A stretch of 51,197 nt of DNA, taken from Macrostomum lignano (taxonomy: Eukaryota). The stretch spans positions 39,379 to 90,575 of the forward strand of contig NIVC01003572.1 of NCBI GenBank assembly GCA_002269645.1, written 5' to 3'. Position numbers and translations under genes: made by a program. Positions 1-13,090 of the stretch are shown piece after piece (positions within the stretch are counted from its first letter, which is position 1; the number at the start of each line of letters is the position of its first letter). The notes beneath the pieces were generated by a model. It searched no databases. It worked only from the letters and a program-made list of their open reading frames with translations, and was not told where the DNA came from.

Positions 1-128
1 AAACTTTGACCATAGTATCATGCATCAGACTGCGGCTCTTTTGAACCTTAAGAAAATTTAACTTTCCGTCAATTCTTGAGCTGTAAGTAAAATATGGGTA
101 CTCTTGGTCCTGATAGACAGAGCAAGCA

Positions 129-782
129 GGGGTCCTATAGAATCTCTTAGATGGACGATTCCATGACTGATTGAGGAAGCTGGGGTCCTATAGAATCTCT
201 TAGATGGACGATTCCATGACTGATTGAGGAAGCTGGGGTCCTATAGAATCTTCTTAGATGGACGATTCCATGACTGATTGAGGAAGCTGGGGTCCTATAG
301 ACTCTCTTAGATGGACGATTCCATGACTGATTGAGGAAGCTGGGGTCCTATAGACTCTCTTAGATGGACGATTCCATGACTGATTGAGGAAGCTGGGGTC
401 CTATAGACTCTCTTAGATGGACGATTCCATGACTGATTGAGGAAGCTGGGGTCCTATAGACCTCTTAGATGGACGATTCCATGACTGATTGAGGAAGCTG
501 GGGTCCTATAGAATCTCTTAGATGGACGATTCCATGACTGATTGAGGAAGCTGGGTCCTATAGACTCTCTTAGATGCACGATTCCATGACTGATTGAGGA
601 AGCTGGGTCCTATAGACTCTCTTAGATGGACGATTCCATGACTGATTGAGGAAGCTGGGGTCCTATAGACTCTCTTAGATGCAGCGATTCCATGACATGA
701 CTGATTGAGGAAGTCCCAGAGGTCCTATAGTCAATCTTAGACGGACGATTCCATGACATGACTGATTGAGGAAGCTGGGGTT
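129..782. repeat. 53 bp minisatellite, about 12 copies, degenerating at right end
   Basis: Unit GGGGTCCTATAG(A/ACT)CTCTTAGATGGACGATTCCATGACTGATTGAGGAAGCT recurs at 129, 182 and onward with no unique spacers. Confidence 0.97.
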
Positions 783-1337
783 CCACGATACGCTCAGAAG
801 CAACAATGCTTCATGTAGGATGTAGTTACAAAAGTTCAAAAAAAGTAAGTTCAACGTTTTTCTTCAAAACAGCGGCGTCATAAAAAGACCTAGCGAACTA
901 CTTTGCGACCTGAAAATGCACCCAGCTCAGATGAACTCTGTCCAGAAAATCCGAGAAAATAGACTTGTTTTACAAGTTTACAACGCCATTAAAGCTAGGA
1001 ATGGGCAGCTACTTAAAAATGTTTGCATAATAGGATGGAGTTTTATGACCTAAGCGCCGCACTGCCAGTCCATTAATTTTGTCGCAAAAATTTTGGTAAT
1101 TTTTAAAACGAAACAGAATCTTAGATGATCTCTGTTTAAACAGGTAGGAACTGTCAGTCCTGATTTGAAAAGGACAGGCAATATGGCGCTGCAACTGCCG
1201 GCGTATGTTTGAAGGAAATGATTGAAAAAAAGACTTGAGGAAGAGAGGAGAAGTGAACTTTCAAGATGGAGCTAGGCTTCGCACGGAAATCAATGATCCC
1301 CAATATTGAAGGACTCTGCTGGGGATAGCGGACTCAC

Positions 1338-1502
1338 TCGGACAGGTCCTCTTCTTTGAAGCAGACGCCGCCTTCCTCTGAGCAGAACTTGCAGTATTGA
1401 TGGTCCCGTCCGCTGTTGTAGATCGGTTCTGCAATGAGCGATTTGGAGACTTGCAGGCAACCGAGTTACTCTGCTGGGCCATATGTAGGAACTGCCATCT
1501 GT
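1338..1502 (-). CDS. Candidate internal exon (165 nt, symmetric) of the EGF/EB-module gene
   Basis: Acceptor ttatttctctccgcctaatgCAG at 1505-1503; donor CGA|GTGAGT at 1337; length 55x3; open in phase 1 (RWQFLHMAQQSNSVACK...KKRTCP) and phase 0. No domain recognised. Confidence 0.3.
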
Positions 1503-1865
1503 CTGCATTAGGCGGAGAGAAATAACAAGTTTACAAGCCGGGGCCCGCATTGTTGCAGATAATGAAGCCAACGGCTGTGCATAATTCATCAATCGATTGT
1601 TAGGCGTGTGTTGGATCTAATTTCATTCTGCTCAAAATTTTTTCTTCTTCTAGCTTTGCTTCCGGCAATCTGTGAGAAAGACTGAAAAATACAGATTTGG
1701 AATTAGTATAGATTTCTGTTCAAATCGATGGTGAACAAAGCAGAAAAGTAAGTAGGACAGCGGCTTCCGTTGGTAAATACACAATTGCTTTAATTATTGT
1801 TGACAAATAATAACATGCAAAAAAACATTCTCAAAAAATTTCTTTGGGTCATAGTAAAATCATGT

Positions 1866-4800
1866 AGAGATCACACAGAAATCACTCACAGAGATCACAC
1901 ACAGAGATCACACAGAGATCACACATAGATATCACACAGAGATCACACAGAGATCACACATAGATATCACACAGAGATCACACAGAGATCACACACAGAG
2001 ATCACACAGAGATCACACAGAGATCACACATAGATATCACACAGAGATCACACAGAGATCACACACAGAGATCACACAGAGATCACACAGAGATCAAACA
2101 GCGAGATAACACACAGAGATCACACACAGAAATCCCACACAGAGATCACACACAGATCACACAGAGATCACACACAGAGATCACACACAGAGATCACACA
2201 CAAAGACCACACACAGAGATCACACACAGAGATCACAGACAGAGATCACACACAGAGATCACACACAGAGATCACACACCGAGATCACACAGAGATCACA
2301 CAGAGATCACACAGAGAGATCACGCACAGAGATCACACACAGAGATCACACACAGAGATCACACACAGAGATCACACACAGAGATCACACACAGAGATCA
2401 CACACAGAGATCACACACAGAGATCACACACCGAGATCACACACAGAGAACACACACAGAGATCACACACAGATATCACACAGAGATCACACAGAGATCA
2501 CACATAGATATCACACAGAGATCACACAGAGATCACACATAGATATCACACAGAGATCACACAGAGATCACACACAGAGATCACACAGAGATCACACAGA
2601 GATCAAACAGCGAGATAACACACAGAGATCACACACAGAAATCCCACACAGAGATCACACTCAGATCACACAGAGATCACACACAGAGATCACACACAGA
2701 GATCACACACAAAGACCACACACAGAGATCACACACAGAGATCACAGACAGAGATCACACACAGAGATCACACACAGAGATCACACAGAGATCACACACA
2801 GAGATCACACACAGAGATCACACAGAGATCACACAGAGATCACACAGAGAGATCACGCACAGAGATCACACACAGAGATCACACACAGAGATCACACACA
2901 GAGATCACACAGAGAGATCACACACAGAGATCACACACAGAGATCACACACAGAGATCACAGACAGAGATCACACACAGAGATCACACACAGAGATCACA
3001 CACAGAGATCACACACCGAGATCACACAGAGATCACACAGAGATCACACAGAGAGATCACGCACAGAGATCACACACAGAGATCACACACAGAGATCACA
3101 CACAGAGATCACACACAGAGATCACACACAGAGATCACACACAGAGATCACACACAGAGATCACACACCGAGATCAAACACAGAGAACACACACAGAGAT
3201 CACACACAGATATCACACAGAGATCACACAGAGATCACACATAGATATCACACAGAGATCACACAGAGATCACACATAGATATCACACAGAGATCACACA
3301 GAGATCACACACAGAGATCACACAGAGATCACACAGAGATCAAACAGCGAGATAACACACAGAGATCACACACAGAAATCCCACACAGAGATCACACTCA
3401 GATCACACAGAGATCACACACAGAGATCACACACAGAGATCACACACAAAGACCACACACAGAGATCACACACAGAGATCACACACAGAGATCACACACA
3501 GAGATCACACACAGAGATCACAGACAGAGATCACACACAGAGATCACACACAGAGATCACACACAGAGATCACACACCGAGATCACACACAGAGAACACA
3601 CACAGAGATCACACACAGATATCACACAGAGATCACACAGAGATCACACATAGATATCACACAGAGATCACACAGAGATCACACACAGAGATCACACACA
3701 GAGATCACAGACAGAGATCACACACAGAGATCACACACAGAGATCACACACAGAGATCACACACCGAGATCACACACAGAGAACACACACAGAGATCACA
3801 CACAGATATCACACAGAGATCACACAGAGATCACACATAGATATCACACAGAGATCACACAGAGATCACACATAGATATCACACAGAGATCACACAGAGA
3901 TCACACACAGAGATCACACAGAGATCACACAGAGATCAAACAGCGAGATAACACACAGAGATCACACACAGAGATCACACACAGAGATCACACTCAGATC
4001 ACACAGAGATCACACACAGAGATCACACACAGAGATCACACACAAAGACCACACACAGAGATCACACACAGAGATCACACACAGAGATCACACACAGAGA
4101 TCACACACAGAGATCACACAGAGATCACACACAGAGATCACACACAGAGATCACACAGAGATCACACAGAGATCACACAGAGAGATCACGCACAGAGATC
4201 ACACAGATCACAGAGATCACACACAAAGATCACACACAGAGATCACACACAGAGATCACACACAGAGATTACACACAGAGATCACACACAGAGATCACAG
4301 ACAGAGATCACACACAGAGATCACACACAGAGATCACACACAGAGATCACACACCGAGATCACACAGAGATCACACAGAGATCACACAGAGAGATCACGC
4401 ACAGAGATCACACACAGAGATCACACACAGAGATCACACACAGAGATCACACACAGAGATCACACACAGAGATCACACACAGAGATCACACACCGAGATC
4501 ACACACCGAGATCACACACAGAGAACACACACAGAGATCACACACAGATATCACACAGAGATCACACAGAGATCACACATAGATATCACACAGAGATCAC
4601 ACAGAGATCACACATAGATATCACACAGAGATCACACAGAGATCACACACAGAGATCACACAGAGATCACACAGAGATCAAACAGCGAGATAACACACAG
4701 AGATCACACACAGAAATCCCACACAGAGATCACACTCAGATCACACAGAGATCACACACAGAGATCACACACAGAGATCACACACAAAGACCACACACAG

Positions 4801-6050
4801 AGATCACACACAGAGATCACACACAGAAATCCCACACAGAGATCACACTCAGATCACACAGAGATCACACACAGAGATCACACACAGAGATCACACACAA
4901 AGACCACGCAGAGAGATCACACACAGAGATCACACACAGAGATCACACACAGAGATCACACACAGAGATCACACACAGATATCACACAGAGATCACACAG
5001 AGATCACACATAGATATCACACAGAGATCACACAGAGATCACACACAGAGATCACACACAGAGATCACAGACAGAGATCACACACAGAGATCACACACAG
5101 AGATCACACACCATCACATAAGAACACACAGAGAGACACACACACAGAGATCACACACAGAGATCACACACAGAGATCACACACAGAGATCACACACAGA
5201 GATCACACACAGAGATCACACACAGAGATCACACACAGAGATCACACAGAGATCACACAGAGATCACACACAGAAATCCCACACAGAGATCACACACAGA
5301 TCACACAGAGATCACACAGAGAGATCACGCACAGAGATCACACACAGAGATCACACACAGAGATCACACAGAGATCACACAGAGATCACACACAGAGATC
5401 ACACACAGAGATTACACACAGAGATCACACACAGAGATCACACACAAAGACCACGCACAGAGATCACACACAGAGATCACACACAGAGATCACACACAGA
5501 GATCACACACAGAGATCACACACAGAGATCACACACAGAGATCACACACAGAGATCACACACAGAGATCACACACAGAGATCACACACAGAGATCACACA
5601 CAGAGATCACACACAGAGATCACACACAGAGATCACACACAGAGATCACACACAGAGATCACACACAGAGATCACACACAGAGATCACACACAGAGATCA
5701 CAGACAGAGATCACACACAGAGATCACACACAGAGATCACACACAGAGATCACACACCGAGATCACACAGAGATCACACAGAGAGATCACACAGAGATCA
5801 CACAGAGATCACACAGAGATCACACAGAGATCACACAGAGATCACACACAGAGATCACAGACAGAGATCACACACAGAGAACACACACAGAGATCACACA
5901 CAGAGATCACACACCGAGATCACACAGAGATCACACAGAGAGATCACACAGAGATCACACAGAGATCACACAGAGATCACACAGAGATCACACAGAGATC
6001 ACACAGAGATCACACAGAGATCAAACAGCGAGATAACACACAGAGATCAC
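1866..6050. repeat. 4.2 kb satellite of 9/11 bp units GAGATCACA(CA)CA with recurrent variant blocks
   Basis: Continuous gagatcacaca/gagatcacacaca units; variant gatcaaacagcgagataac recurs near 2092, 2601, 3338, 3934, 4676, 6019. Confidence 0.98.
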
Positions 6051-6113
6051 GGAGAGTTGATAAAAATCCTGGAATCGCCGAGCCCCCTGGACAAGAACAA
6101 CTGATCGACTCAC

Positions 6114-6242
6114 TGCACTGGTGTCTGTGCGGTGCGTACACAAAATTGGCTTCGCAGACGCAGCGAGCCTCGTACAGAGTGCACACGCTGTTCTTAACCA
6201 TCTCGCACTCGCGATCCCGACCGCATGGAATGTCCAGCAGCT
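6114..6242 (-). CDS. Phase 1-1 exon encoding an EB/EGF-like six-cysteine module
   Basis: Acceptor ccttcttatcaacctttAAG (6245-6243); donor TGC A|GTGAGT (6113); 129 nt = 43 codons; (K)LLDIPCGRDRECEMVKNSVCTLYEARCVCEANFVYAPHRHQC, spacing C-x5-C-x7-C-x6-C-x-C-x12-C. Confidence 0.8.
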
Positions 6243-6984
6243 CTTAAAGGTTGATAAGAAGGATAGATTAATACATCCTTCCGTACATCTGAATGCTGAT
6301 CTGTGTTTACCTGATCCCCAGCTTTGGAAAATGCAACTTTATGCTCTATATGGTGTTTTTGGTTCATTATAACAAGATCAACGCATCTTAACAAAAATAA
6401 TCGCAGGATTGGACACCCGGATTGGAGTTTATCGCTGAGCTGCTGCGGCCCCTCCACGTACTTACTGTCAAACCAATTCAAGCTGCCCACTAGTCAACCC
6501 GTTGCAGTTTGATCTCTGTCTTCGTCTATTTCGGGCCCAAAACTACGTGTTTTAGACAAATCTATCCAGTGCTTTAGTTTGAATTTGTAGCTAGCAAACT
6601 TCCATTAAGCTTTCCACGTTTTTCACTGGCACAAAACTATCGATTGCCGACATTGTAGGAGAATGGGTTTGCTTAAAATAGGCTCAATAATGCAACATGT
6701 AATAGCTATTAAAATTGAGTTTAGCTATATAGCCCGTCTTAGCGGCGCCAGTTGAAATCCTTTCGATGATTTAAACTTTTACTGAAGTAGAGAAGTGTTT
6801 TGAGCGAATCGTTTCGATAGTAGCAACTAATATCCTATTGTTTTATTTACCCCAGTAGATGCTTTTTGACATTGCCCCCTTAAAAGAAAAAAAATACTTT
6901 ATTACGAATTACGAGCGCGTACAAAATTCTTAAACGAATTAAAAAATATACACGAAATGACCTTTTCTATAACAAATTAACAAG

Positions 6985-7150
6985 TTCCACAACGAATTAA
7001 CGAATTCTACAACGAATTACCAAAGTCTACAACGAATTAACAATTCCACAACGAATTAACAAATTCCACAACGAATCAACAAATTCTACAACGAATAAAC
7101 AAATTCTAAAACGAATTAACAAATTCTAGACCGAGTTAACAAATTCCAAA
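6985..7150. repeat. ~20 bp minisatellite CAACGAATTAACAAATTC(C/T)A, about 7-8 copies (intronic)
   Basis: Direct reading; same array in copy 2 at ~15640-15805. Confidence 0.9.
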
Positions 7151-7250
7151 CCGATACACACTATGTCTACATTGAATTTGCACCATTCTACACCAAAAAC
7201 ATGCAATATCACACGATGCAGCAAATAAATCGATCCTAAAAATCACTCAC

Positions 7251-7566
7251 TAGTCTGGCAGACTTTCCCAGAGGCGTGCTGCACAATTGTCTGCGAGGCT
7301 GGACAATCGCAGGCTAGCTTGGACTCTTTCGTGGTGCACACTCCGCCACGCGGCACCGGGCACGGGCTGCCCGGGGTTGTGCAACCGCTGCCGTCCTCTA
7401 CAAGAAAAAATCGGTGGCCAATTTTTACCAGAGCACCGGGTGCCTGACCGAATGGTAGCAAACTCTTGTCGATTGGTGAATTTCTGGTTTTAGCTTCTGT
7501 CAACTCGAATTTCGAGTCGGCAACAACGCGCGCCAGTTGTAGAAACAAAACTATGCAAATAACCAT
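7251..7566 (-). CDS. First coding exon: signal peptide plus EGF/EB-like module
   Basis: ATG at 7566 in ccaacaATGG; MVICIVLFLQLARVVA|D signal-like; C-x6-C-x7-C-x8-C-x-C-x14-C with GGxC, CxC and GxxC; donor ACT A|GTGAGT at 7250 (phase 1). A possible in-frame 51 nt intron (7448-7398, GTCAGG...ttttcttgTAG) would leave a 147 nt phase 1-1 module exon at 7251-7397. Confidence 0.75.
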
Positions 7567-7606
7567 TGTTGGAGTGAATATTTCTTGGGATATGCTAGGC
7601 CTCGCG

Positions 7607-7876
7607 CTGCGGTTAAGACAGGATATGAGAAACCAACAGACGGCCCGGGCGGGGCTCGGTAAGGTTTTTTAAAAACAATTGGCCATTCCTGATGAGGGAA
7701 TTGAGGTGGTCGGGCGGGATGCCTCGCCTTCCGTATAGTTGAATGGCGAAGGAAAGAAGAGAGACGGGGAGCAGATGGGGGGATTTTGCTCTCGTGACTT
7801 CACCTTGCGACTGATCCATCCATCCATCTACTTTCTCTCTACCTCTCCCCCCAACCCACACATACACAATTCTTAC
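7607..7876 (-). other. Putative 5'-UTR intron of the EGF/EB gene
   Basis: Donor CCAG|GTAAGA at 7876; acceptor tttctcatatcctgtcttaaccgCAG at 7609-7607; the spliced upstream frame has an in-frame TAA and no ATG before 7566. Confidence 0.5.
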
Positions 7877-8749
7877 CTGGAAAAGCCCACCCTTAGCAAG
7901 CCTAGGGTTTAGGTCTCTTACCAAAAGCCTTTTTTCACCTGAATGGCTCAAGATGAAGGTCTGTCTAAGTCACCTCTTACTGGTTCACCTCCCTTGGGGG
8001 TCTCCTTTCCTCTCCTCTGTTCTGTTCTGGTTCTCTCGTCCAATTCTAAAATCTGCAACCGTTTCACACCTTCCTCTCCGCTCACTCACACCTTAGCAAA
8101 CGGTTATGCAATTGTCGCACCTAATTATCATAATAGATATATAATAGCCTATATATAGTTAAATGTAATTACGGTGACTGTAAAAGCACAAAACTATAAT
8201 TAGGCCAATTCACATAGATAAGATAAGATAAATCGTTCCCGTAAACTGGACATTTATCAATTTATCAATAACCCCTCAGCTCCCCTCAGCTCGCGGACGA
8301 ATTAGTTGACAAAAAATTGGCCCGAACTAATTTATTTCAATATTCTCTGAACCATCTGTCACAATTTATTGGCTGGTAAAGATGCAGAGTTGAGTACAGT
8401 GGGTGAGTGAGGATACTTATTATTACAGCAGAGAACTCACTGACTATATGCCACACGCACAATTATGCAGCAGCTTCCCAGATGAAGCTTGCTACTTAAG
8501 TAGTACCAAATATATAGGTGAAGGTGTAGAGTTGGTTTCGCGAATTGACAAGATTGGCAGACTACTATATGCGAACTGGCTCACTAGACGGGGCTTCATG
8601 GGAGAGCGAGAAGAAAGGCTGCATGACTTGGGAGGCATCTTTATGAAGCACAATTTTCATAGTTACTAAGTTATAGAAGAAAATTTGTTAAAAAATAAAT
8701 GACTTAGCACAAAAAGTCAAATTGAGATCATATTAAGAATTTGATAATA

Positions 8750-8905
8750 TTTAGCTGGGAAGAGACATAAGAGAGGATAGAAGAGTGAGAAGAGACATGA
8801 GAGAGGAAAAAAGAGAGCTGAGAAGAGACAGGAGAGAGGAAAAAAGAGAGCTGAGAAGAGACAGGAGAGAGGAAAGAAGAGAGCTGAGAAGAGACATGAG
8901 AGACA
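8750..8905 (+). repeat. 33 bp AG-rich minisatellite, ~5 copies
   Basis: Unit GAGAAGAGACATGAGAGAGGAAAGAAGAGAGCT; reverse complement of the array at 11392-11790. Confidence 0.92.
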
Positions 8906-8939
8906 AAAAGTCATAACTTGTTCTCTATTGTTTAGACGT

Positions 8940-9560
8940 GATCCCACACTGTATGCATGCATTTGAATGATCCCACACTGTATGCATGCATTTATATGAT
9001 CCCACACAGTATGCATGCATTTGAATGATCCCACACTGTATGCATGCATTTGAATAATCCCACACTGTATGCATGCATTTGAATGATCCCACACTGTATG
9101 CATGCATTTGAATGATCCCACACTGTATGCATGCATTTGAATGATCCCACACTGTATGCATGCATTTGAATGATCCCACACTGTATGCATGCATTTGAAT
9201 GATCCCACACTGTATGCATGCATTTGAATGATCCCACACTGTATGCATGCATTTGAATGATCCCACACTGTATGCATGCATTTGAATGATCCCACACTGT
9301 ATGCATGCATTTGAATGATCCCACACTGTATGCATGCATTTGAATGATCCCACACTGTATGCATGCATTTGAATGATCCCACACTGTATCTATGAGAGTG
9401 ATCCCACACTTTATCAATAAGAATGATCCCACATTGTGTCTATAAGACTGATCCCGCACTGTATCGATGAGACTGATCCCACAGTGTATGTATGAGAGTG
9501 ATCCCACACTTTATACATTGTAGATAAGAATGATCCCACACTGTATCTATGAGAGTGATC
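8940..9560. repeat. GATCCCACAC-core minisatellite: ~15 x 29 bp then degenerate 25-30 bp units
   Basis: GATCCCACACTGTATGCATGCATTTGAAT repeated 8940-9376; source of the MHTVWDHSNAC ORFs. Confidence 0.95.
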
Positions 9561-10275
9561 CAACACTTTATCGATTTTGGGATTAAGCTTTGATCGCATC
9601 AGAGCGGCAGGCAATCAAAATTCTGAGCGGCAAGAATTTCAACAAGAAATTATTGTAACTGAATGACTCTATTGACATTGGCATTGAATAGAAATTCTTC
9701 TTTCGAGAGCATCTTGAGATTGCGAAATAAGCGGCTTCACAATTCTCAACCTTTCACAATTTGAAAATTTTCAAGCCTACTTAAGTATAGTGTGAAATGA
9801 TTATCTTTAGAGCATAAGGAACTTCTTAGTGTCAACAACTAAAGTGCAAGTTCGTGATAAAAAATTTCTACTGAAAAATATTTTTTTGGACAAAAATTAT
9901 AGCAAACTATTCTACGGGCACAAAGCATGAATATTCCTAAGTTAAATAAATCGAAATCCAAACAAAACTCTATAACTACTCATATTTCACATTTGTAGAC
10001 AAACCAAAATCTAAAACTATATAAATAAAAATCCAAATAAGCGCAACTGTCAACACGATTCTCTGTACAATATGACAAAAATTCTGGCTTAGAGATCCAG
10101 AGAGGCAATGTTCAAAACAAATTGGTTGAAGTCTCGCTCACTAATCTTTTTATGCTATTACTTCAGCATGAATACGAACTTTTGAGTATCTGCGTTCTTC
10201 ACGGGCATAGCCAGAAGTGGAGGGGGTCCGTGGCCCTTGGTGCTGGCGCCCCTTGGTGCTGATGCCCCTTGGTGC

Positions 10276-10680
10276 TGGCCTAAACTTCAAAGGACCCTAA
10301 ATTTCATAGGACCTAAACTACATAGGACCTAGATTTCATAGGACCTAAACTTGATAGGACCTAAACTTGATAGGACCTAAACTTCATAGGACCTTAACTT
10401 GATAGGACCTAAACTTCATAGGACCTTACTTCATAGGACCTAAACTTCATAGGACCTAGATTTCATAAGATCTAAACTTGATAGGACTTAAACTTGATAG
10501 GACTTAGATTTCATAGGACCCAATTTTGATAGGACCTAAACTTGATAAGACCTAAACTTGATAGGACCTAAACTTCATAGGACCTTACTTCATAGGACCT
10601 AAACTTCATAGGACCTAAACTTCATAGGACCTAAACTTCATAAAGACATAAACTTCATAGGACCCAAACTTCATATAACT
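10276..10680. repeat. 16 bp minisatellite GGACCTAAACTT(C/G)ATA
   Basis: About 25 heterogeneous units. Confidence 0.93.
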
Positions 10681-11291
10681 TCATCAAAATTGTCCATCGA
10701 GTGCCTGTTTCCAATCCAAGTTCTCCAGGGGTCCATGCACGGTTCATGAGGGCCGGGATTGGGGATAGCTATAATAGCCGCTGCAAATTCCTCCCTGAAG
10801 GCAAGATATTGTTATTAGAGAGAGAAGAAGAGCAGAAAATGCAGCATAGGGGTTGGGGGGGGGTAGCCTTAGCAGCGGTGTCATGAGCAAGTCCCTGCAA
10901 GCTCTCGGTGCATAAACATACAGTTGAGAGAGAAGAAGTTGGTGTAAGATATTCTCTTATATAAGCATGGCGCACCCTCGCTGCCTTATAATAATAGCTT
11001 CCGCCAAGACGCATTCATCTGGTGCTTGGAGCTGCTGCAAGTATAGGATAAGAACAATTTTCCAGTTAACGAAGTTCTCGATAATTATTGTACTAACAAG
11101 ACCATGGCGTACAAATCATTCAATCTGGAGAGGAAATTACGTCAAAAAATCATTTTCGGTCAAGGATAAAAGCGATAATGGATTTTTTTAAAATTGTTTT
11201 AATTATTGATTTCATATGCTAATAAACTACTTAATTGAAGCAGTAGAAGTTAAGCGAATTTAAAAATAGCTTTAAATAGCTACGTATCGAC

Positions 11292-11316
11292 CAGGGGTCG
11301 GCAAACTCCGGCCCAC
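11292..11316 (+). mobile_element. Orphan hAT/Charlie-type terminal inverted repeat (one end only)
   Basis: CAGGGGTCGGCAAACTCCGGCCC resembles, from recall, termini of Charlie-group hAT elements such as MER58; partner TIR not found. Confidence 0.5.
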
Positions 11317-11391
11317 CAAGGCTCTCTATCAGGCCCTCGGGTCCTTGGAAACTTTACAATAGCAATCCGCCATGCTCATTGTTTGATATCC

Positions 11392-11790
11392 CTTCTCTCC
11401 TCTCTCCTGTCTCTTCTCAGCTCTCTTCTATCCTCTCTCATGTCCCTCTTCACAGGGCCTTCTTTCCTCTCTCATGTCTCTTCACAGCTCTCTTCTTTCC
11501 TCTCTCATGTTTCTTCTCAACTCTCTTCTCTCCTCTCTCATGTCCCTCTTCTCAGCTCTCTTATCTCCTCTCTCCTGTCTCTTCTCAGCTCTCTTCTCTC
11601 CTCTCTCCTGTCTCTTCTCAGCTCTCTTCTCTCCTCTCTCCTGTCTCTTCTCAGCTCTCTTATCTCCTCTCTCATGTTTCTTCTCAACTCTCTTCTCTCC
11701 TCTCTCATGTCTGTTCTCAGCTCTCTTCTCTCCTCTCTCATGTATGTTCTCAGCTCTCTTGTCTTCTCCCACATGTCTCTTCTCAGCTAA
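11392..11790 (-). repeat. 33 bp CT-rich minisatellite, ~12 copies (inverse of 8750-8905)
   Basis: Unit CTCTTCTCTCCTCTCTCATGTCTCTTCTCAGCT. Confidence 0.93.
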
Positions 11791-12849
11791 ATATTCTCAA
11801 CTTCTCAACTAAATATTTGAAAAAAATTCCAACAACTCACCAATGGCCAGTGCAACTGAGACAGTTGAGACAAACAGAAACTTGCAGATCCAACTAGCAG
11901 ACAAGTGCATCATTAAAAGCAAAAACAAGTTACAAGGGCTCTTTCTGCACCTAATTAAGAGAATCTTCAGCGAGCAGGTATTCTTTAGGTAGAGTTATCG
12001 AAGTTTACAACCGTCTCTCTAGATCGTTAGCCATTCGGTTCGGGCTTCTTGTTAACTAAGGGCTTTATCTACAAGAAAGAGGGAGTGACGGAAAGGCGCC
12101 GCGATGAATGATTATTATGTCCAGTCCCCGTGTCAACGGATCTCGATAGACTGATAGACAGAAATAGACAGGACTCAGATGGATAGAAGCTCAGGGGAGG
12201 TTGGTGATGGGGGGCTGGCTTGGTCCAGCTCAGCTCCTCTTCTGTTGAAGTTTTTTTGGAGTCTTCCCCTCTCTTCCAATGCTACACCGCTGTGCCTGTC
12301 TGTGTGAGTGTGTGAGTGACTGACTGAGTGAGCGAGCGCGAGCGTATTTGGGTGAGCGCATTTTGGGGTCTCTGTGAGTTGCGCCACAGCTATCTTATTG
12401 GATTCCCTTTCTCGTTGCCAATGCCCAGGGGGTAGGAAGGAGTGGAGGGAGAGAGAGACGGAGAGACGGAGAAAAAACGCCGAGGGTCCAGCGGCAGACG
12501 CAAAGCAGCAAGTGCGGAGCAGAAACAGAAGCAGGAAGCGGGAAACAAACCCTCACTTCACCTCAGCCGGAGAACCCCAGAAACCCCCCCCCAAGGTTTT
12601 TTCAAACAGCCTTTCTCATGCCGACATTCCACCGACAAACAACAGGTTTTGGGAGGGGGTGGGGCAGCGTAATGGGGAGAGGCTCTGACTAATTTTCATA
12701 TTGGATGTTTTGGCCAGTTGTTATTTGGTAATAAAATCAATCTATCAATTTGAGTTTAACCGCACCTGTATGGTATTAATAGCAATACTTTTGGCTTCTT
12801 CTTCTTCTCAGTGCAATCTCGCATCTAGCAAAACTGCAGATTCTGCTAG

Positions 12850-13090
12850 GTGACACATCTAGAGACACTTTGTGGTGTCTAGGGACTCATGTAGGCATAC
12901 ATCTAGGGACTTTTCTAGGAATTCTTCTAGGGACTCTTCTATAGGGACACATCTAAGGACACTTCGAGGAAAACATCTAAGGACACATCTAGGGACACAT
13001 CTAGAGACTTTTTTAGGAAACCTTCTAAGGACTCTTTGGAGTCTCCTCTAAGGACTGTTCCAGGGACACATCGAGGGACTCTTTTAGAGA
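12850..13090. repeat. Degenerate GACACATCTAGGGAC-type short repeats
   Basis: Several imperfect copies; paralog at ~22045-22265. Confidence 0.7.

Noticed and set aside
129-782. CRISPR-like appearance of the 53 bp, 38 bp and 24/48 bp arrays
   Set aside because: Units are contiguous without unique spacers; no cas genes; eukaryotic context.
1148-1525. Plus-strand frame interrupted only by four TGA codons (recoding or decayed transposase)
   Set aside because: Four stops in 126 codons is near random expectation, and no motif was recognised.
7869-7882. TTCTTACCTGG resembling the U1 snRNA 5' end
   Set aside because: No U1 body follows; it is the complement of a minus-strand splice donor.
8403-8669. 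88 aa plus-strand ORF
   Set aside because: GTG start; the paralog has an in-frame TAG (17183-17185) and frameshifts.
12175-12688. Charged ORFs in a GA/CT-rich GC-rich block
   Set aside because: Frameshifts differ between paralogs (cf. 21368-21878); no domain or convincing splice pair. May be regulatory but unsupported.
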